From the NCBI GenBank assembly GCA_045580305.1, contig JAZNNQ010000001.1, forward strand, positions 115,340 to 179,339: a stretch of 64,000 nucleotides of DNA. Direction: 5' to 3'. The DNA comes from Eubacteriales bacterium. Lineage in GTDB: Bacteria > Bacillota > Clostridia > Oscillospirales > JAAYXM01. Made by a program: the position numbers and the translations under genes. The notes under the pieces were generated by a model. That model searched no databases and was not told where the DNA came from. It saw only the letters and a program-made list of their open reading frames with translations. Positions 61,917 to 64,000 of the stretch are shown one piece after another. Numbering within the stretch: the stretch's first letter is position 1; every line of letters begins with the position of its first letter.

Positions 61917-62822
61917 ATGAAAAACTTAAATTTTGTTAATAAATTCCCGATTTTCGGTGCCGTTGCGGCAGTTTTTTGTATCGTTGGCCTTTTAGCTGTA
62001 GCACTCCTTCCGTTCGGTGTAAACTGGTTCAACCTTGACATTGACTTTGTCGGCGGTACTACAATGCAGTACAATATGCACAAACAGCTTGACAAAGCAG
62101 AGCTTGACAAGATCGAAGCATTGGTTGAAGACACCATCGGCCAGGGCGACTCTGTATCATCTATGCAGAAATCCGGTGTAGGTGATGAAGAGGTTGTTAT
62201 CAAGGCAATAACTCTTGATACCGAAACACGCGACAAAGTATTTGTTGCGCTTCAGAGTGCATACAACTTAACAGAAACCGATATTCTTTCTGTTGACAAT
62301 GTTGACCCGATTATGGGTTCTGACATTCGTGATGCAGCGATCCTTTCAGCTCTCTTAGCGGTTATTTTGATGCTTGTTTACATCGCTATCCGTTTTGACC
62401 TTAAGTCCGGTATTGCTGCGGTTATCGCACTTATCCATGACTTACTCGTAATGCTCAGCTTCTATGTTATTTTACAGATTCCGCTTAATATGAACTTCAT
62501 TGCGGCAGCGCTTACCATTCTCGGTTACTCAATTAACGCTACAATCGTTATCTTTGACCGTGTCCGTGAAAATCGCAAGCTCTTACGCAAGGCAACCTTT
62601 GGCGAAATCGTTAACACAAGTATTCACCAGACCGTTACAAGAAGCTTGAATACGACCATCACTACATTGATTACCATTATTTTGGTTATCGTATTAAGTG
62701 TTGATTCTATCCGCAACTTTGCTATTCCGATCAGTATTGGTATTGTTGCAGGTCTCTATTCTTCCGTATGTCTTTCCGGTCCTATTTGGTCCAGACTTAT
62801 GGGTAACAACAAGAAAGCATAA
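61917..62822 (+). CDS. secF: Protein translocase subunit SecF
   Basis: IDFVGGT, HD, LGYSINATIVIFDRVREN. Confidence 0.95.
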   Translation: MKNLNFVNKFPIFGAVAAVFCIVGLLAVALLPFGVNWFNLDIDFVGGTTMQYNMHKQLDKAELDKIEALVEDTIGQGDSVSSMQKSGVGDEEVVIKAITLDTETRDKVFVALQSAYNLTETDILSVDNVDPIMGSDIRDAAILSALLAVILMLVYIAIRFDLKSGIAAVIALIHDLLVMLSFYVILQIPLNMNFIAAALTILGYSINATIVIFDRVRENRKLLRKATFGEIVNTSIHQTVTRSLNTTITTLITIILVIVLSVDSIRNFAIPISIGIVAGLYSSVCLSGPIWSRLMGNNKKA

Positions 62823-62829
62823 AAGAATT

Positions 62830-62868
62830 TTCAGGACAGCTCATTAATAAGCTGTCCTGAACTTTTTT
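62830..62868 (+). terminator. secF terminator
   Basis: ttcaggacagct/agctgtcctgaa followed by Ts. Confidence 0.75.
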
Positions 62869-62874
62869 ATATTT

Positions 62875-62965
62875 TTCGACAAATATCGACAAAAATGATC
62901 TTAAATTATGAACAAACCCTGAATTTGTTCATAATTTAGACTAATTCTCCCCTTGATATGTCGAA
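62875..62965. promoter_or_regulatory. Spo0A-box cluster and 15-bp palindrome
   Basis: TTCGACA at 62875-62881, aTCGACA at 62885-62891, TGTCGAA at 62959-62965; taaattatgaacaaa/tttgttcataattta at 62902-62938. Confidence 0.55.
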
Positions 62966-63060
62966 ACTTGCGATGAATAGTTGTGGATTTTTGTAAAATA
63001 AAGTTATATAATTTTATTTACCACACTAAATAGGCACAAAGGTAATGGGGGGCGAATATT

Positions 63061-63369
63061 GTGGAGCGTGAAATTTATACTAAAGAAAAGACACTTATGA
63101 TGCAAAGTGGAGAGAGCTTTAAAATAAAGTACGAAATCTTGAAAGACATAACTGATGGTCGTTATTCGTACGGAATTGCCATATCTACCTTTCATAAATG
63201 CGAAAATTTGAACGAATTTGTGGAAATTAATGATATTACAGAAAATTTTGTTGAAATGCAAGCACTATTTATGGTATTATATAAGTATGAGGTAACACCT
63301 ATGACACTATATGATGTTTTGGATGTTTACCTTGCGGATCAAGACACTTTGTTAGCAACATTAAATTAA
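63061..63369 (+). CDS. Small clostridial protein, DUF6514-like
   Basis: YGIAI...INDIT...LYKYEVTPMTLYDVL pattern. Confidence 0.7.
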   Translation: MEREIYTKEKTLMMQSGESFKIKYEILKDITDGRYSYGIAISTFHKCENLNEFVEINDITENFVEMQALFMVLYKYEVTPMTLYDVLDVYLADQDTLLATLN

Positions 63370-63386
63370 TTTATGAGGTGAGTAGT

Positions 63387-63848
63387 ATGAATTGCCCATT
63401 TTGCAATCACCCCGACAGTAAAGTAGTTGATTCCCGTCCCACCGATGAAGGCGGAAGCATTCGCCGTCGTCGCGAATGTCTTGCTTGTCAGCGGCGTTTT
63501 ACCACATATGAAACAATAGAAAAAATGTCAATGTATGTTGTAAAGAAAGATGGCACAAGGCAGCCATTTGACAAGATGAAAATTCTCAACGGCTTAACTC
63601 GTGCTTGCGAAAAAAGACCTGTACCTCTTGCTGTACTTGAATCCGTTGCAAACGATGTTGAGCAGCTTTTACAGAATACCCTTGAGCGTGAGGTTTCCAC
63701 TAATGTAATCGGTGAGCTTATTATGAAAAAGCTTAAAGAGATAGATCAGGTAGCATATATACGCTTTGTTTCGGTTTACCGTTCATTCGATGACATTGAC
63801 TCTTTTCTTAAGGAACTTGAAATTATCAAAACAGATTATCAAAAGTAA
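63387..63848 (+). CDS. nrdR: Transcriptional repressor NrdR
   Basis: CPFC..SKVVDSR..IRRRRECLAC..RFTTYE, ATP cone, VAYIRF. Confidence 0.96.
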   Translation: MNCPFCNHPDSKVVDSRPTDEGGSIRRRRECLACQRRFTTYETIEKMSMYVVKKDGTRQPFDKMKILNGLTRACEKRPVPLAVLESVANDVEQLLQNTLEREVSTNVIGELIMKKLKEIDQVAYIRFVSVYRSFDDIDSFLKELEIIKTDYQK

Positions 63849-63873
63849 GAATATCGCCTTTACCAATGTTCTC

Positions 63874-63899
63874 AACAAGCGTCGCAAGACGCTTGTTTT
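63874..63899 (+). terminator. nrdR terminator
   Basis: aacaagcgtc-gcaa-gacgcttgtt followed by Ts. Confidence 0.75.
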
Positions 63900-64000
63900 C
63901 GGTTATATAGCCGTTTTTATCATTTATGAGTATAAGGGAGTTGACTCGCACGATTAAATCGCTTATTTCGTTTAAATCGCGGTGCATAAGAAAAAGCGCA

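Noticed and set aside
63941-64000. Start of a CDS running off the window (TTG ACT CGC…)
   Set aside because: Only 20 codons are visible, the SD-like agggag abuts the start with no spacer, and no family is recognisable.

Overview
Chromosomal segment of a spore-forming Clostridia-class firmicute (Oscillospiraceae/Ruminococcaceae-like by gene content; taxonomy is inference). Almost all of it is housekeeping. It carries the glycogen operon (glgB' glgC glgD glgA glgP plus a GH13 hydrolase), ybaK/rluA, yceD-rpmF, DUF512-der-plsY-gpsA, a SpoIVFA/FB-like pair, groESL with a perfect CIRCE, PBP1A, a bofC-like gene, ogg, a polar amino-acid ABC transporter, an intact sigK and a XerC-like recombinase. Further on come ilvE-ridA, a Trp T-box controlling an orphan trpB, metY with a cysK pseudogene and an Rrf2 regulator, a B12 radical-SAM pair, rplS-lepB-rbgA-rnhB-yraN-thrC, tig-clpP-clpX-lon-engB-lysA, asnS, an aminotransferase, purB, secDF and nrdR. 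The one accessory region is an AT-rich ~3.2 kb island (about 8506-11770) at the 3' end of tRNA-Gln(CTG). It has no integrase. It is built from a ~150-bp structured unit present twice (8500-8653 and 10050-10203, 3 mismatches). Each unit holds a degenerate antisense copy of the tRNA 3' arm and two internal hairpins, and ends in a regenerated 20-nt tRNA 3' end with CCA. Each CCA is followed by a palindrome and, after each unit, by an unrelated self-promoted cargo module: a structured ncRNA/leader plus an Ig-like membrane protein, then an XRE-TM protein plus an HNH nuclease. This tRNA-anchored, cassette-like array is the best candidate for an undescribed system. No database searches or folding programs were run; all calls come from reading the sequence and the supplied translations.
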